Shown here one piece after another: positions 46,335 to 56,500 of a stretch of DNA of 64,000 nucleotides. The stretch's first letter is position 1. Every line of letters begins with the position of its first letter. The stretch comes from an uncultured bacterium (GTDB lineage: Bacteria > Eisenbacteria > RBG-16-71-46 > CAIMUX01), in NCBI GenBank assembly GCA_964631125.1, contig CAZVYN010000008.1:3746-67745 (forward strand), given 5' to 3'. A program made the position numbers and the translations under genes. The notes under the pieces are model-generated. The model did no database searches, was not told where the DNA came from, and worked only from the letters and a program-made list of their open reading frames with translations.

Positions 46335-46553
46335 TCAAGCGACCGACTTCCAGGCAACCGACAAGCGCTTCTTACTCGATGCGCAGTCGCGCAAGTACAG
46401 GTTGATCAGAGTCTGGTAAGGGATGCCGGAGTCCTCCGCCATCCGCTTGAAGTACTCGATCGTCTGCTCGTCCAGCCGAATGGTGACCTGACGCTTCAAC
46501 CGCGAGGCGTAGGGGTTTCGCCGAGCCTTCGAGAAGTCGTATTCCTTCCTCAT
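46335..46553 (-). CDS. brnA: BrnA-family antitoxin (type II TA, CopG/RHH-like)
   Basis: MRKEYDFSKARRNPYA...KRQVTIRLDEQTIEYFKRMAEDSGIPYQTLINLYLRD matches BrnA. Confidence 0.75.
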   Translation of the reverse strand: MRKEYDFSKARRNPYASRLKRQVTIRLDEQTIEYFKRMAEDSGIPYQTLINLYLRDCASSKKRLSVAWKSVA

Positions 46554-46574
46554 ATTCTCCTCCTCTCGATGTAG

Positions 46575-46637
46575 ATCACCTGCTCCGTTCGTTCGCGAGG
46601 GCCTGGCGAGGATCCCATTCGAACCGCAGCTCGATCA
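46575..46637 (-). pseudogene. 20-codon remnant of a BrnT (DUF497) toxin gene
   Basis: MIELRFEWDPRQALANERSR* matches BrnT N-termini (FEWDxxKAxxNxRKHG). It is truncated by deletion and ends 24 nt before the brnA ATG. Confidence 0.55.
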
Positions 46638-46745
46638 TACGTACACTGTAACTACACCGCGTAGTGTCGACGCAAGGTCGAGCTTGTTCAGCCGTGCGTC
46701 ACGGCGCCGGGAACAGGCTCCGGAGTAGCTGCCGGCGAATGACGC

Positions 46746-49700
46746 TTGGGCCCAGTCCGATCGGACGCGATACTCCCCAGCCATGACTCCACCGACCGAC
46801 CGACTTCCGCCGGAGACGTGCTCGCGATGACTTCATCGCAGGATCACGATCCGTCCGACGAGACCGACGAGACCGTCGGTTCCCATTCAGCGCCCCCACC
46901 GGCCGACTCGAGCGCCAGCTTCCACCCCGGCGACCTCCTCGCCGATCGCTATCGCATCGAGTCGTTCCTCGCGCGAGGCGGGATGGGGGAGGTGTACCGC
47001 GCGCTCGACGTGGAGCTCGGTGTTGCCGTTGCGCTCAAGACGATCCGTCCCGAGATCGCGGCGGATCCGGCGGCGCTGCGGAGTTTCAAGCAAGAGGTGT
47101 TGACCGCACGGTCGGTCACGCACTCCAACGTTTGCCGCATCTACGATCTCTGGCGACACCACGACGACGCGCGCGATGTCTCGTTCCTCACGATGGAGTT
47201 CTTGCCGGGCGAGACGCTTTCATCTCGGCTGCGCTCCGGCGGAAAGTTGAACGGCGCCGAGGCGTTGCCGATCGTGCGGCAGCTCGCCGACGGACTGGAT
47301 GCGGCGCATCGAGCGGGGATCGTCCACCGTGACTTCAAGAGCGCGAATGTGATCCTCGCGCCCGGCAAGGGCGCGGAGCGCATCGTGATCACTGACTTCG
47401 GACTGGCGATGGCGGCGGAGTGGACGGGGGACGACGTCGCCGTCGGCGGAGCGGTGGCAATCCTCTCGGGCGATACGGATGCGACCGTCGACTCGCTCGA
47501 TCCACGCGGAGCGCAGATCTGCGGGACGCCGGCCTATATGGCGCCGGAGCAGGTGCGCGGCGAGCGCGTCGGGCCGGCGGCGGATCTCTATGCGCTCGGC
47601 GTCACGCTCTTCGAGATGCGGACGGGACAATTGCCGTTCCGCGGGAGGTCGCCCCTCGAGACGGCGCAACTCCGCCTCACGACGCCCCCGCCTCGTCCGA
47701 GCTCGATCGCGGAGCTGGAGCCCGAGTGGGAAGTAGCGATCCTCAGGCTCCTCTCGCTCGATCCCGCGGAGCGGTTTGCGAGCGCGGGCGAGGCGGCGCA
47801 ATCTCTCGTCGCGAACGTCAACCGGGCGGACGGAGCGCCGGCCGCTCTCGTTTCTCCCTCCTCTCGCCCGAGACACTCGCTTCCGGCGGAACACGACGCA
47901 TTCGTCGGAAGGCGAGATGTCCTTTCCTCTCTCTCCGCGCTCTTGGAGCCCGCGCCCGCGTTGGTCACGCTGCTCGGCATCGGCGGCACAGGCAAGACAC
48001 GTCTCGCGCGCCGTTACGGATGGGAGAGTCTCGAGCGTTGGCCGGGCGGGGTCTGGTTCTGCGATCTAGCAGACGCGCGCGATGGGAACGGGATCGCCTC
48101 GGCGGTCGCCGCGGCGCTGGGCGTCTCGCTGACCAGAGGCGATCCGGTAGACCAGTTGGGGCACGCGATCGCGGGGCGCGGGCGGGCGCTCCTTATCTTG
48201 GACAATTTCGAGCAGATCACCGCGGAGGCGGAGGCGACGCTCGGGCGGTGGCGCGCACGCGCGAGGGAGACGTCGTTTCTCGTCACGACGCGCGAACGCC
48301 TCCAACTGGGCGGAGAGAGTGTGGTCGAGGTCGAGCCGCTGGATCCCGAGACCGAGGCGGTCGAGCTGTTCCGAGAGCGGGCGCGAGCGCAGCGGCCGGG
48401 GTTCGAAGTGACCGATGAGAACCGGGCGGCGGTGATCGAGATCGTTCGGCTGCTCGATGGCCTGCCGCTCGCCATCGAGCTCGCGGCGTCACGCGTGCGC
48501 CTGCTGTCGCTCGAGCAGTTGCGTGAGCGGTTGGGCGATCGGTTCGCGGTGCTCGCCAGCTCGAAACGGGGGCGACACGGAACTTTGCGCGCGGCGCTGG
48601 ACTGGTCGTGGTCGTTGCTCACGGCTTGGGAGCAATCGGCGGTGGCGCAGGCGTCGGTTTTCCAGGGTGGGTTCACGCTGGAGGCGGCGGAGGCGGTGAT
48701 CGATCTGTCGGGGTTCGAAGACGCGCCGATGGTCTTGGATGTGATCCAGTCGTTGGTGGACAAGAGTTGGTTGCGGGCGCGAGTGGTGCTGCAGGCGCCG
48801 CGGTTTTCGATGTACACGACGGTGCAGGAGTATGCGGCGGAGAAGGAAACCGCGGAACTTCGTTCCGCGGTTACAGCGCACGGCGCCTACTTCGCCACGA
48901 AGGGCGCGGAGAAGGCAATCACTGCGCTGAGCCGCCGAGGCGGGGTCGCGCGACGAGCGGCGCTACGCGTAGAGCTCGACAATCTGATCGCGGCTTGCCG
49001 CGCCGCGCTCGCGGCTGGGAACGAACAGGTCGCAGGACTGACCTATGTCGCGGCCGCTCATGTGCTCGCTCTCCAGGGGCCGGCCGGCGCCTCGGTGGAA
49101 CTCGGGCTGAACGTGCTGGGCGTCTCGAGGGATCCAACCCTGCGTGCCCGCGTGCTCTCCGCGTTGTCCTTCGCGGAAAGAGCGGCAGGCAAGATGCGAG
49201 CGGCGCAGCTTCACTGCGAGGACGCCGTCGCCATCTATCGCGCCGCGGGCGCCCGCAGTTCCGAGGGGGACGCGATCCTGAGTCTCGGCACGCTCTGTTT
49301 CGATCAAGCTCGGATGGACGAGGCTCGATCCCACATGGAGGCGGCGCTCACGATCAGCCGCGAGGGGAGAATCCGGAATCTGGAGTGCGGGTCGCTCCAG
49401 CTCCTGGGTCTGTTCCAGCGACGGTTGGGACAGTCGGAGCAAGCGCGATCGAACCTCGAGGCCTCCCTCGCCATTGCGCGCGAGAAGGGATACTGGCGCT
49501 TCGAGGCAGCCGCGCTCGGCAACTTAGGCATGATCCTACGGGACCTGGGTCGATTCGAGGAGTCCCGTTCGGCCTATGAGGCCACGATCGCGATCCACCG
49601 CGAAACGGGCGAACGGGGAGGCGAGGGCATCACGCTCGGCAACCTCGGAGCTCTGCAAGCCGAGCAGGGACGCACCAGCGAGGCGACGTCTTCGATGGAA

Positions 49701-50282
49701 AAGGCTCTCGCGATCAGCCGCGAAGTGGGAGAACGTCGCTTCGAGGGGCATGTCATTGGAAGCTTGGGTACTCTGTACGTGACGATGGGTCGGCTGGACG
49801 AAGCGAGAGTCTCCCTCGAGGCCGCGCTCGCGATCCACCGAGAAACGAACAGCCCGCGCGGAGAAGGTGACGTGCGCCGCTACTTGGCCAGCCTTTCTTT
49901 CCGCGAGGGGCGGCTGGAGGAGGCTCGAGCCCACTTCGAGGCATCGCTCGCCATCCAACGAACGCTGGGCGACCGAATCTTCGAAGGCGTCACCCTCGGC
50001 CTGATCGGATCTCTCCTCGTCGAATCGGGCCAGCCGGCGGAAGCGCGTCGCTTCATCGACGACGGCATCGCGGTTCTCCGTGAAGTCGGCGACCGCTTGA
50101 GACTCGCAACGGGCCTCTGTCACCTCTGTTCGTTGGAGCTCGAGGAAGGGAATCTCGACGCGGCGCGGACGGCTCTGGCCGAGGCCGAGGAGATCTCCGG
50201 GGCGCTCGAGGTAGGAGAATCGGACCTGGAAAGAGACGTCGCGAAGCTGCGCGAGGCGCTGAGGAAGAAGACGGAGGCCTGA
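46746..50282 (+). CDS. Ser/Thr protein kinase with AAA/NB-ARC-like ATPase and TPR repeats (STAND-type)
   Basis: Kinase subdomains (GGMGEVYRA, VALKTI, HRDFKSANVIL, DFGLA). Central P-loop GIGGTGKT. At least eight C-terminal TPR units. An alternative start lies at 46827. Confidence 0.85.
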   Translation: MGPVRSDAILPSHDSTDRPTSAGDVLAMTSSQDHDPSDETDETVGSHSAPPPADSSASFHPGDLLADRYRIESFLARGGMGEVYRALDVELGVAVALKTIRPEIAADPAALRSFKQEVLTARSVTHSNVCRIYDLWRHHDDARDVSFLTMEFLPGETLSSRLRSGGKLNGAEALPIVRQLADGLDAAHRAGIVHRDFKSANVILAPGKGAERIVITDFGLAMAAEWTGDDVAVGGAVAILSGDTDATVDSLDPRGAQICGTPAYMAPEQVRGERVGPAADLYALGVTLFEMRTGQLPFRGRSPLETAQLRLTTPPPRPSSIAELEPEWEVAILRLLSLDPAERFASAGEAAQSLVANVNRADGAPAALVSPSSRPRHSLPAEHDAFVGRRDVLSSLSALLEPAPALVTLLGIGGTGKTRLARRYGWESLERWPGGVWFCDLADARDGNGIASAVAAALGVSLTRGDPVDQLGHAIAGRGRALLILDNFEQITAEAEATLGRWRARARETSFLVTTRERLQLGGESVVEVEPLDPETEAVELFRERARAQRPGFEVTDENRAAVIEIVRLLDGLPLAIELAASRVRLLSLEQLRERLGDRFAVLASSKRGRHGTLRAALDWSWSLLTAWEQSAVAQASVFQGGFTLEAAEAVIDLSGFEDAPMVLDVIQSLVDKSWLRARVVLQAPRFSMYTTVQEYAAEKETAELRSAVTAHGAYFATKGAEKAITALSRRGGVARRAALRVELDNLIAACRAALAAGNEQVAGLTYVAAAHVLALQGPAGASVELGLNVLGVSRDPTLRARVLSALSFAERAAGKMRAAQLHCEDAVAIYRAAGARSSEGDAILSLGTLCFDQARMDEARSHMEAALTISREGRIRNLECGSLQLLGLFQRRLGQSEQARSNLEASLAIAREKGYWRFEAAALGNLGMILRDLGRFEESRSAYEATIAIHRETGERGGEGITLGNLGALQAEQGRTSEATSSMEKALAISREVGERRFEGHVIGSLGTLYVTMGRLDEARVSLEAALAIHRETNSPRGEGDVRRYLASLSFREGRLEEARAHFEASLAIQRTLGDRIFEGVTLGLIGSLLVESGQPAEARRFIDDGIAVLREVGDRLRLATGLCHLCSLELEEGNLDAARTALAEAEEISGALEVGESDLERDVAKLREALRKKTEA

Positions 50283-50294
50283 GGGTTCGGATCG

Positions 50295-51299
50295 ATGCAC
50301 CTTCTCATCACCATCGACACGGAAGAGGACGACGCTTGGGGCTCGAAGCCGGGCGTGACAACGGAGAACGTCACGTATCTGGCGCGCTTCCAGGCGCTCT
50401 GTGATCGCTATGAGTTTCCGCCGACGTGGCTGACGACGACGGTGGTGCTCGAGGATCCGCGGTTCGCGCATACGCTGGGGCCATCGGTTGCCGCGGGGCG
50501 CGCGGAGATCGGGGCGCATCTGCATCCGTGGAACTGTCCGCCGTTCGCGAACGGCGCGCCGCCCGATCCGACCGAGCGCTTCTACGGCTTCGAGATTCCG
50601 GTGACCGAGTACCGCGCGAAGATGGAGCGGGTCGTCGAGCGGATCACGCGCGACTTTGGTGTGGCGCCGGTGAGTCATCGCGCGGGGCGATGGGGGTTCA
50701 CGCCGGGGATGGTTCCGACCTTGCTCGAGCTCGGCCTGCGCGTCGACACGAGCGTGACGCCGCATACCTCCTGGCATCGCTCCAAAGGGAAGCGCGACGG
50801 CGGGGGCGGGTCGGATTTTCGTGGAGCGCCGTATCTGCCGTACTGGCTCGATCCCGCGGATGTGCGGAGGCCGGGGAACTCGCAGATGCTGGAGCTGCCG
50901 ACGACGGTGCTGTTCACGGAGGGGCCGTTCGCGTCGGCGCAGAGTGGGCGGCGGTTCGTGGATGGGGTGCGATATGGCGCGGTGGGGAAGGTGCTCCAGC
51001 GAATGGGGTGGACGGGGAAGATGTTCCGGCCTTGGCATGGGCACGGGGCGAAGGAGCTGGCCAAGATCGCGGAGCAGGCCGAGGGACTCGGCCTGCCGTA
51101 TGCCATGCTCATGTTCCACAGTTCGGAGCTGATGCCGGGGGGGTCTCCTTACAATCCGGATGCGGCCTCCATCGAGCGGTTGTACGGGCTCTTCGAGGAG
51201 CTGTTCACGACGCTGCGATCGCGCGGGGTAACAGGCGCGACGGTGCGGCGGTTCAGCGAGCCGTACCTGAAGGGGGAGGTCTCGGCGCTTCGGGGCTGA
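50295..51299 (+). CDS. polysaccharide deacetylase-like protein (WalW-type)
   Basis: N-terminal MHLLITIDTEED and HLHPW motifs are typical of this deacetylase family. Confidence 0.45.
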   Translation: MHLLITIDTEEDDAWGSKPGVTTENVTYLARFQALCDRYEFPPTWLTTTVVLEDPRFAHTLGPSVAAGRAEIGAHLHPWNCPPFANGAPPDPTERFYGFEIPVTEYRAKMERVVERITRDFGVAPVSHRAGRWGFTPGMVPTLLELGLRVDTSVTPHTSWHRSKGKRDGGGGSDFRGAPYLPYWLDPADVRRPGNSQMLELPTTVLFTEGPFASAQSGRRFVDGVRYGAVGKVLQRMGWTGKMFRPWHGHGAKELAKIAEQAEGLGLPYAMLMFHSSELMPGGSPYNPDAASIERLYGLFEELFTTLRSRGVTGATVRRFSEPYLKGEVSALRG

Positions 51300-51415
51300 G
51301 AGGATTTCTCGAGAAACGCATGTCCATCTCCGCGCCGTTCCTGCGCGTCTTTCGATGAGGCCAGCCACCTCAGACGACACAACCGCAGGCACGGAGAGAG
51401 AAGGAGAACCTGGAC

Positions 51416-52654
51416 ATGCCCCGCATTTCTGATTCGAAGATCGGCCGGACGGCCGGACAGTTGGCCGAACGGTCGGCCGGCCCGCTGGCGGGAGTGCTGG
51501 CCGGCTTGGCGTTGCTCGGCCTAGTGAATGGGACGGCGCCCGCCCAAGTGGTCGAGAGCTGGACCCTCACGATCGACAGCTCTACGACCCAACCCGTGGC
51601 GACGGGGCTCTTCGCCTTCGACGCGGCGGACGACGTGATCGTCCTGGCGGAGGGCGCCCTCCGCGCGGGCCAAGAGAGCGAGCCGTACGACCAGGGTTGG
51701 TTCGGGCCGGCCGGCCACACTCGGCTGTCGCGGTTCGGCCAGCCGGTCGGCAACGGAATGCCGTTCGGAGCGCTCGTCGGCGGATTCGGCTCCGATGTGA
51801 CGCAGTTCGAACAACTGGGACGCCTCGGCGCCTTCGCGGTCGCGCTGACGGAAGTCGGAGAAGAGTTCCACGTCGCGCTCAACATGTCCGACTCCGACCT
51901 CGCCGCACTCGAAGGCTCGGTCACGATCACGTTGATCTACGTTCCGGCGGGGAGTGCGGATGTTTCGGAGATCACGATCACTGCGGGCAGTCCCGACGAG
52001 ATCCCGACTGGGTTGACGGCAGATTCCGGAGACAAGTTCGTCGTGCTCCCATACGCCGCGGTGCGCGCGAATGCGGTCGGCGCCAATCCCTACAGCAACG
52101 GCTGGTTCTCCTCGGCGGGTCGGATTCAATTGACGCGCGCAGGACAGCCGGCCGTGACCGGTCCGTACGGCGCGCTCTACGGCAGATACGCCGGAGGATC
52201 CAATTTCTTCATCGGTGACGGCGGGTGTTGGATCACGCAGCCGGCGGATCTCGGACAGGAGCTGATGTTGCTCACGAACATGTCGGCGGCCGATCGCGCG
52301 ACGCTCGTCGGTCGCTACGTCGCCAACGTGATTCGCGTTCCGGCGCCCGCGCCCGCGGCCGTGCCGGGACCTGACGCGATCGAGTACGGCCTGTCCTCCT
52401 CGCCGAATCCGATGAACGGCGCGGCGACGATCCGCTACCAGCTTCCGCAGGCGGGACTCGCGCGTGTGCGGATCGCGGATGCGACTGGACGTTGGGTGCG
52501 GACTTTGACCGACGGAACCGCTCCGGCCGGCGCGCACGCGATTCAGTGGGACGGCGCCGACGATCGGGGTGAGTCGCTGCCCGGGGGAATGTACTTCTTC
52601 CAACTCAGCACCGATGCCGGTTCGCGCGCGGGGCGGATCGTGATCAGTCGCTAG
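51416..52654 (+). CDS. secreted protein with an internally duplicated domain and C-terminal T9SS-type sorting domain
   Basis: Two copies of a domain of about 110 aa (NGWFGPAGHTRLSRFGQPVG / NGWFSSAGRIQLTRAGQPAV). C-terminal SPNPMNGAATIRYQLP...GMYFFQL. Confidence 0.45.
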   Translation: MPRISDSKIGRTAGQLAERSAGPLAGVLAGLALLGLVNGTAPAQVVESWTLTIDSSTTQPVATGLFAFDAADDVIVLAEGALRAGQESEPYDQGWFGPAGHTRLSRFGQPVGNGMPFGALVGGFGSDVTQFEQLGRLGAFAVALTEVGEEFHVALNMSDSDLAALEGSVTITLIYVPAGSADVSEITITAGSPDEIPTGLTADSGDKFVVLPYAAVRANAVGANPYSNGWFSSAGRIQLTRAGQPAVTGPYGALYGRYAGGSNFFIGDGGCWITQPADLGQELMLLTNMSAADRATLVGRYVANVIRVPAPAPAAVPGPDAIEYGLSSSPNPMNGAATIRYQLPQAGLARVRIADATGRWVRTLTDGTAPAGAHAIQWDGADDRGESLPGGMYFFQLSTDAGSRAGRIVISR

Positions 52655-53306
52655 CGCGCGAGAGTTCTCGCCAGAGCCAGCTCTTCGCGAACCGCCAGTC
52701 ACGGACGACGGTTCGCGTCGCCACTCCCAGAATCTCGGCCGTGTCGTCGAACGTCATTCCGCCGAAGTAGATCAGTTCGACGACACGGAGTTTGCGGACG
52801 TCTTCGAGGCCGAGACGTTCGAGGGCGCGGTCGAGATCGAGGGCGTCGATCGGCGTAGCCGAGTTGTTGTCCCAGAGACTCTCGTGCAGGCTGACGCGTT
52901 GTTGTTCACCGCCTCGCCTCTGCGCTCGATGCGCGCGCGCGTAGTCGATCAGAACCCGCCGCATGGTCGTCGCGGCCAGTGCCAACAGGTGACCGCGGCC
53001 CTGCACCTGCGTGTGCGTCTCTCTCGCAAGCCGCAGGTAGGCCTCGTTGGCGAGTGCGGTGGGCCGGAGGGTGTGTTCGGCGCGCTCCCTCCGCATCAAG
53101 TGGCTCGCGAGCCCGCGGAACTCGTCGTAGACCAACGGCAAGAGATCATCGAGCGTGCTCGGCTCGCCTTCGGTCACCTGTTCGAGGACATCCTGCGCGA
53201 AGCGCTCGATGGCGGAGGCTTCTTCGGGGGTGGCGCTGGGCGTGGCGCTGGGTGCGGCGCTGGGTGCGGCGTCTGGCGCGCGATCAGGACGTTCGAACTC
53301 TTTCAT
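52644..53306 (-). CDS. ECF-type RNA polymerase sigma factor (Sigma70_ECF family, kinase-associated type)
   Basis: Region 2 (DLLPLVYDEFRGLASHLM) and region 4 (GMTFDDTAEILGVATRTVVRDWRFAKSWL). Start at MKEFERPD. The N-terminal extension of the longer ORF is a palindrome artefact. Confidence 0.75.
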   Translation of the reverse strand: MKEFERPDRAPDAAPSAAPSATPSATPEEASAIERFAQDVLEQVTEGEPSTLDDLLPLVYDEFRGLASHLMRRERAEHTLRPTALANEAYLRLARETHTQVQGRGHLLALAATTMRRVLIDYARAHRAQRRGGEQQRVSLHESLWDNNSATPIDALDLDRALERLGLEDVRKLRVVELIYFGGMTFDDTAEILGVATRTVVRDWRFAKSWLWRELSRASD

Positions 53307-53392
53307 GCCGTTTCTCCCGATGAGGCGTCTTGCGAGTTCGACCGAGGGTACACGCGAAGGCGTTTCGCGGGTGGCATCGAGGGAGTTGGGGC

Positions 53393-53445
53393 TTGTGAAA
53401 AATGGTGCAACTATTGCCGGCAACAGTTGCACCATTTTTCACAAG
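53393..53445. terminator. 53-bp AT-rich near-perfect palindrome, copy 2 (identical to 14268..14320)
   Basis: Same 53 bp including the single arm mismatch. It lies 101 bp downstream of the STK2 stop and 87 bp upstream of the ECF sigma ATG. Confidence 0.6.
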
Positions 53446-53466
53446 CCCGGGCGATCCCCCGAGGCG

Positions 53467-53553
53467 TCCGCGCGTCTCATGCGCGTCTCATGCGTCTCAT
53501 GCGTCTCATGCGTCCATGCGTCCATGCGTCCATGCGTCCATGCGTCTCATGCG
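53467..53553. repeat. compound tandem repeat: (gcgtctcat)x4 then (gcgtccat)x4 then gcgtctcat
   Basis: Lies between the STK2 stop and palindrome copy 2. It shares the gcgtcc core with the copy-1 repeats. Confidence 0.85.
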
Positions 53554-56500
53554 CGAGTCGCGCTCGCCCACTTCACCATCTCCCCCAAGCTCCGCGCAGC
53601 GCCGCGTTCATACGCGGCGGTGAACGGCTCGTCGCCGATTCTCTCGCGAATCGAGAGGCGCGCGGCGTCGAACATCCTTCGTTGGCCGTCGAGCAGCGGC
53701 AGGCGCTCCTGCTCGTAGGCGCGATCGAGTCCACCGAGCGTTTCGGCGAATGACGCCGGATCTCCCATCGCGTCGGCCAGACGACCGAGCGCGAGCAAAA
53801 CCGAGCAGACGCCCGACGAATTGCCGAGCTTGGAGCGGATGCGCAGCGACTGGACCAGATGTGTGCGCGCCTCGTCGAAGCGGCCGAGCGCCGTGCAGGT
53901 GTCGCCGAGATTGTGCAGGCAGAGCGCCATGCCGGGCGCATCCCGCGCTTCGCGGTGCACTTCGAGGGCTTCTTGGATCGGCGCGAGCGCTTCCTGCGGA
54001 CGTTGCAGGATCTCCAGTGCGCGGCCGATGCTGAGCAGCGCTTTGGACGCGCCCAAACGGTCGCCCAACTCGCGGCTGAGGCGGAGTTGTTCCTCGAAGA
54101 GCGCCTTGGCCTCGGCGTGCTGACCGCGGACGCCGTGAATCGCGGCCATGTTGCCCACGCTGGTGGCGACTCCCGCGCGGTCCCCCACTTGCTCGAAGAG
54201 ATCGCGGGCCTCGCGCCACTGCGCTTCCGCTAGATCGATCTCGAGGGCGAACCAGCTGACGGCGCCGGCGTCGCGCAGCCCGCGCGCGAGAGCCGCGGGA
54301 TCGCCGAGTTCTCTCGCCATCGCAATCATCCGGAGCGAGGCGTCGTCGGCGGCGGGGCGATCCTCGAGCATCGCCAAGGTGCGAGCGAGTCCTCCCCACA
54401 CGGCGATGCGGTCTTTCGGATCGACCGCCGCTCCGTCCAACGGCAACTCGAGCACGCGGCGGAGGTAGGCCACGCCCTCTCGCCAATACCCGGCCATGCT
54501 CCAGTAGCGGCTGAGTCCAGCGGCCAGGGTGTAGACGCGCCGGGCCCACCGTCGGCGCAGGCAGATCTCCAACGCGTCGACCAGATTGGTGTGCTCGACG
54601 TCCATGCGCGCCAGCCATTCCAAACTCAGCCCCTGCTCGCTGGCCTTCGGCGAGAGCATCTGTGTGAGTTGATCGACGTAGCGACCCTCGGTTCGCTCCG
54701 GTTCCTCGTCGCGTCGCGCGAGACGATCGCGGGCGAAGCGTTGGATCGTCTCCAGGAAGCGGTATCGAGCCTGACGACCGCCGTCGAGATTCTCCACCTC
54801 GACGAGTGAGCGCTCGACCAGACGCGCGAGTAGATCGCACTGCTGCCAGGTCGACAGGCCGTCGCGCGCGCAGACCGCCTCTGCGAGTTCGAGTGTCCAT
54901 CCGCCGCGAAACACCGACAGACGCTCGAAGAGCAGTCGCTCCGAGCGGCCGAGGAGTCGATAGCTCCAACTCACCACGCCGGCAAGCGAGCGGTGGCGCT
55001 GCGGTCCGCGTCGCTCGGGCGTCCCGAGCGAAAGCGGGTTGGCGCGGAGTCGCGCGAGGATCTCTTCGGCCGGCAGGGCGCGCGAGTGCCCGGCGGCGAT
55101 CTCGATCGCGAGCGGCAGCCCATCCGCACGGCGGCAGATCTCGGCGACGGTGGCGAGCTGTTCGTCGCGCAGTTGGAAAGACGGTTGCCGCGACCGTGCT
55201 CGCGCGACAAACAGTCGGACCGCCTCGCAGGAGCGCAGCGCGACGGGGTCGTCGGTTTCGGCCGGGAGTCCGAGCGGCGGTAGCACGTAGACCTGCTCAT
55301 CCGGCGAACCGAGCGGCGCGCGGCTTGTCGCGAGCACCGAGACGCCGCGGCAGTTCTCCAGCAAGTCCGCGATCCATCCACCGGCTGCCTCCAGCAGATG
55401 TTCGCAGTTGTCGACCACGAGGAGCGCTTGCCGGTCGCCGAGCAAGCGTGTGACCGCCTGTGCGCGCGAATCGCCCGAAGCGCCTCCCTGGACATCGCGA
55501 ACGCCGAGGGCGCGCGCCGCCAGGCCGCCGATCTGCTCTCCACTCTGTTCCCCACTCTCGATCGTCGAGAGGTCGACGAACCAGATTCCGTCGGGAAAGC
55601 GCGCCGCGGAGCGGGCGGCGGCTTCCAAGGCGAGGCGCGTCTTGCCGGCGCCTCCTGGGCCGGTCAGCGTCAGAAGTCGATGGCCGCCGAGGAAAGTCTC
55701 CACCTCCGCGCGTTCGCGTTCGCGTCCGATGAACTCGGAGAGACGGCGCGGGAGATTGCCGCGCGCGGCGGAGGAGTCGACCGACTCGACCGCGAAGAGC
55801 GCTCGGGCTCGCAAACGCAGGAGCTCCTCGTCCAAGACGCGCCGCGCGTCGGCCGCGGAGGGTCTCGTCTCCGCGTCGAGCGAGATGAGTCCGTGCAGTA
55901 GGTCCACGATCGGACGCGCCAGCGTGTCGGGCAGCGCGCTCCAGTCGATGTGCGCGCCGGCTTCGGGGCCCGAGGCGTCGACCGGCGAACGGTGATCGAG
56001 GGCGGCGCGCCGGGCGAGACACTCGTAGAGCACACAGCCGAACGACCAGAGGTCGGACGCCTCAGTGAGGGCGTCGCCGCGCGCCTGTTCGGGGCTCATG
56101 TAGCCGACGGTGCCGCACGGGCTCCCCGACGCGCCGGGATTGGTCTCGGGAGTGAACGCGAGACCGAAGTCCAAGACCTTCACCCATCCGTCGGGCGTCA
56201 CGCGGATGTTCTGCGGCTTCAGATCGCGGTGCACGACGCCTTGGGCGTGCGCAGCCTCGAGCGCGGCGGCGATCTGCCGTCCGAACTCGAGCGACGCGGC
56301 CAGCGGGACTTCCTCCGAGCGCAGCCTCTCGGCCAGTGTGGCGCCCGGCACATACTCCATCGTCAAGAACGAAGCGGTCTCGGAGGCGCCGTCGATGCGT
56401 TGCTGACTCTCGATCTCGACCAGCTCCTCGAACGAATAGACCTGCGCGACATTGGGCTGGCTCACCGCCGCCAGCATTCGCGCCTCGTCTCGCAGACGAG

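Noticed and set aside
46600-46625. GGTTCGAATGG (T-arm-like) motif suggesting a tRNA
   Set aside because: It lies inside the BrnT remnant coding sequence (LRFEWDP). No acceptor or anticodon arm structure surrounds it.
53467-53553. Tandem repeat arrays as possible CRISPR arrays
   Set aside because: The units are 8 to 16 bp with no spacers and no cas genes. These are micro- or minisatellites.
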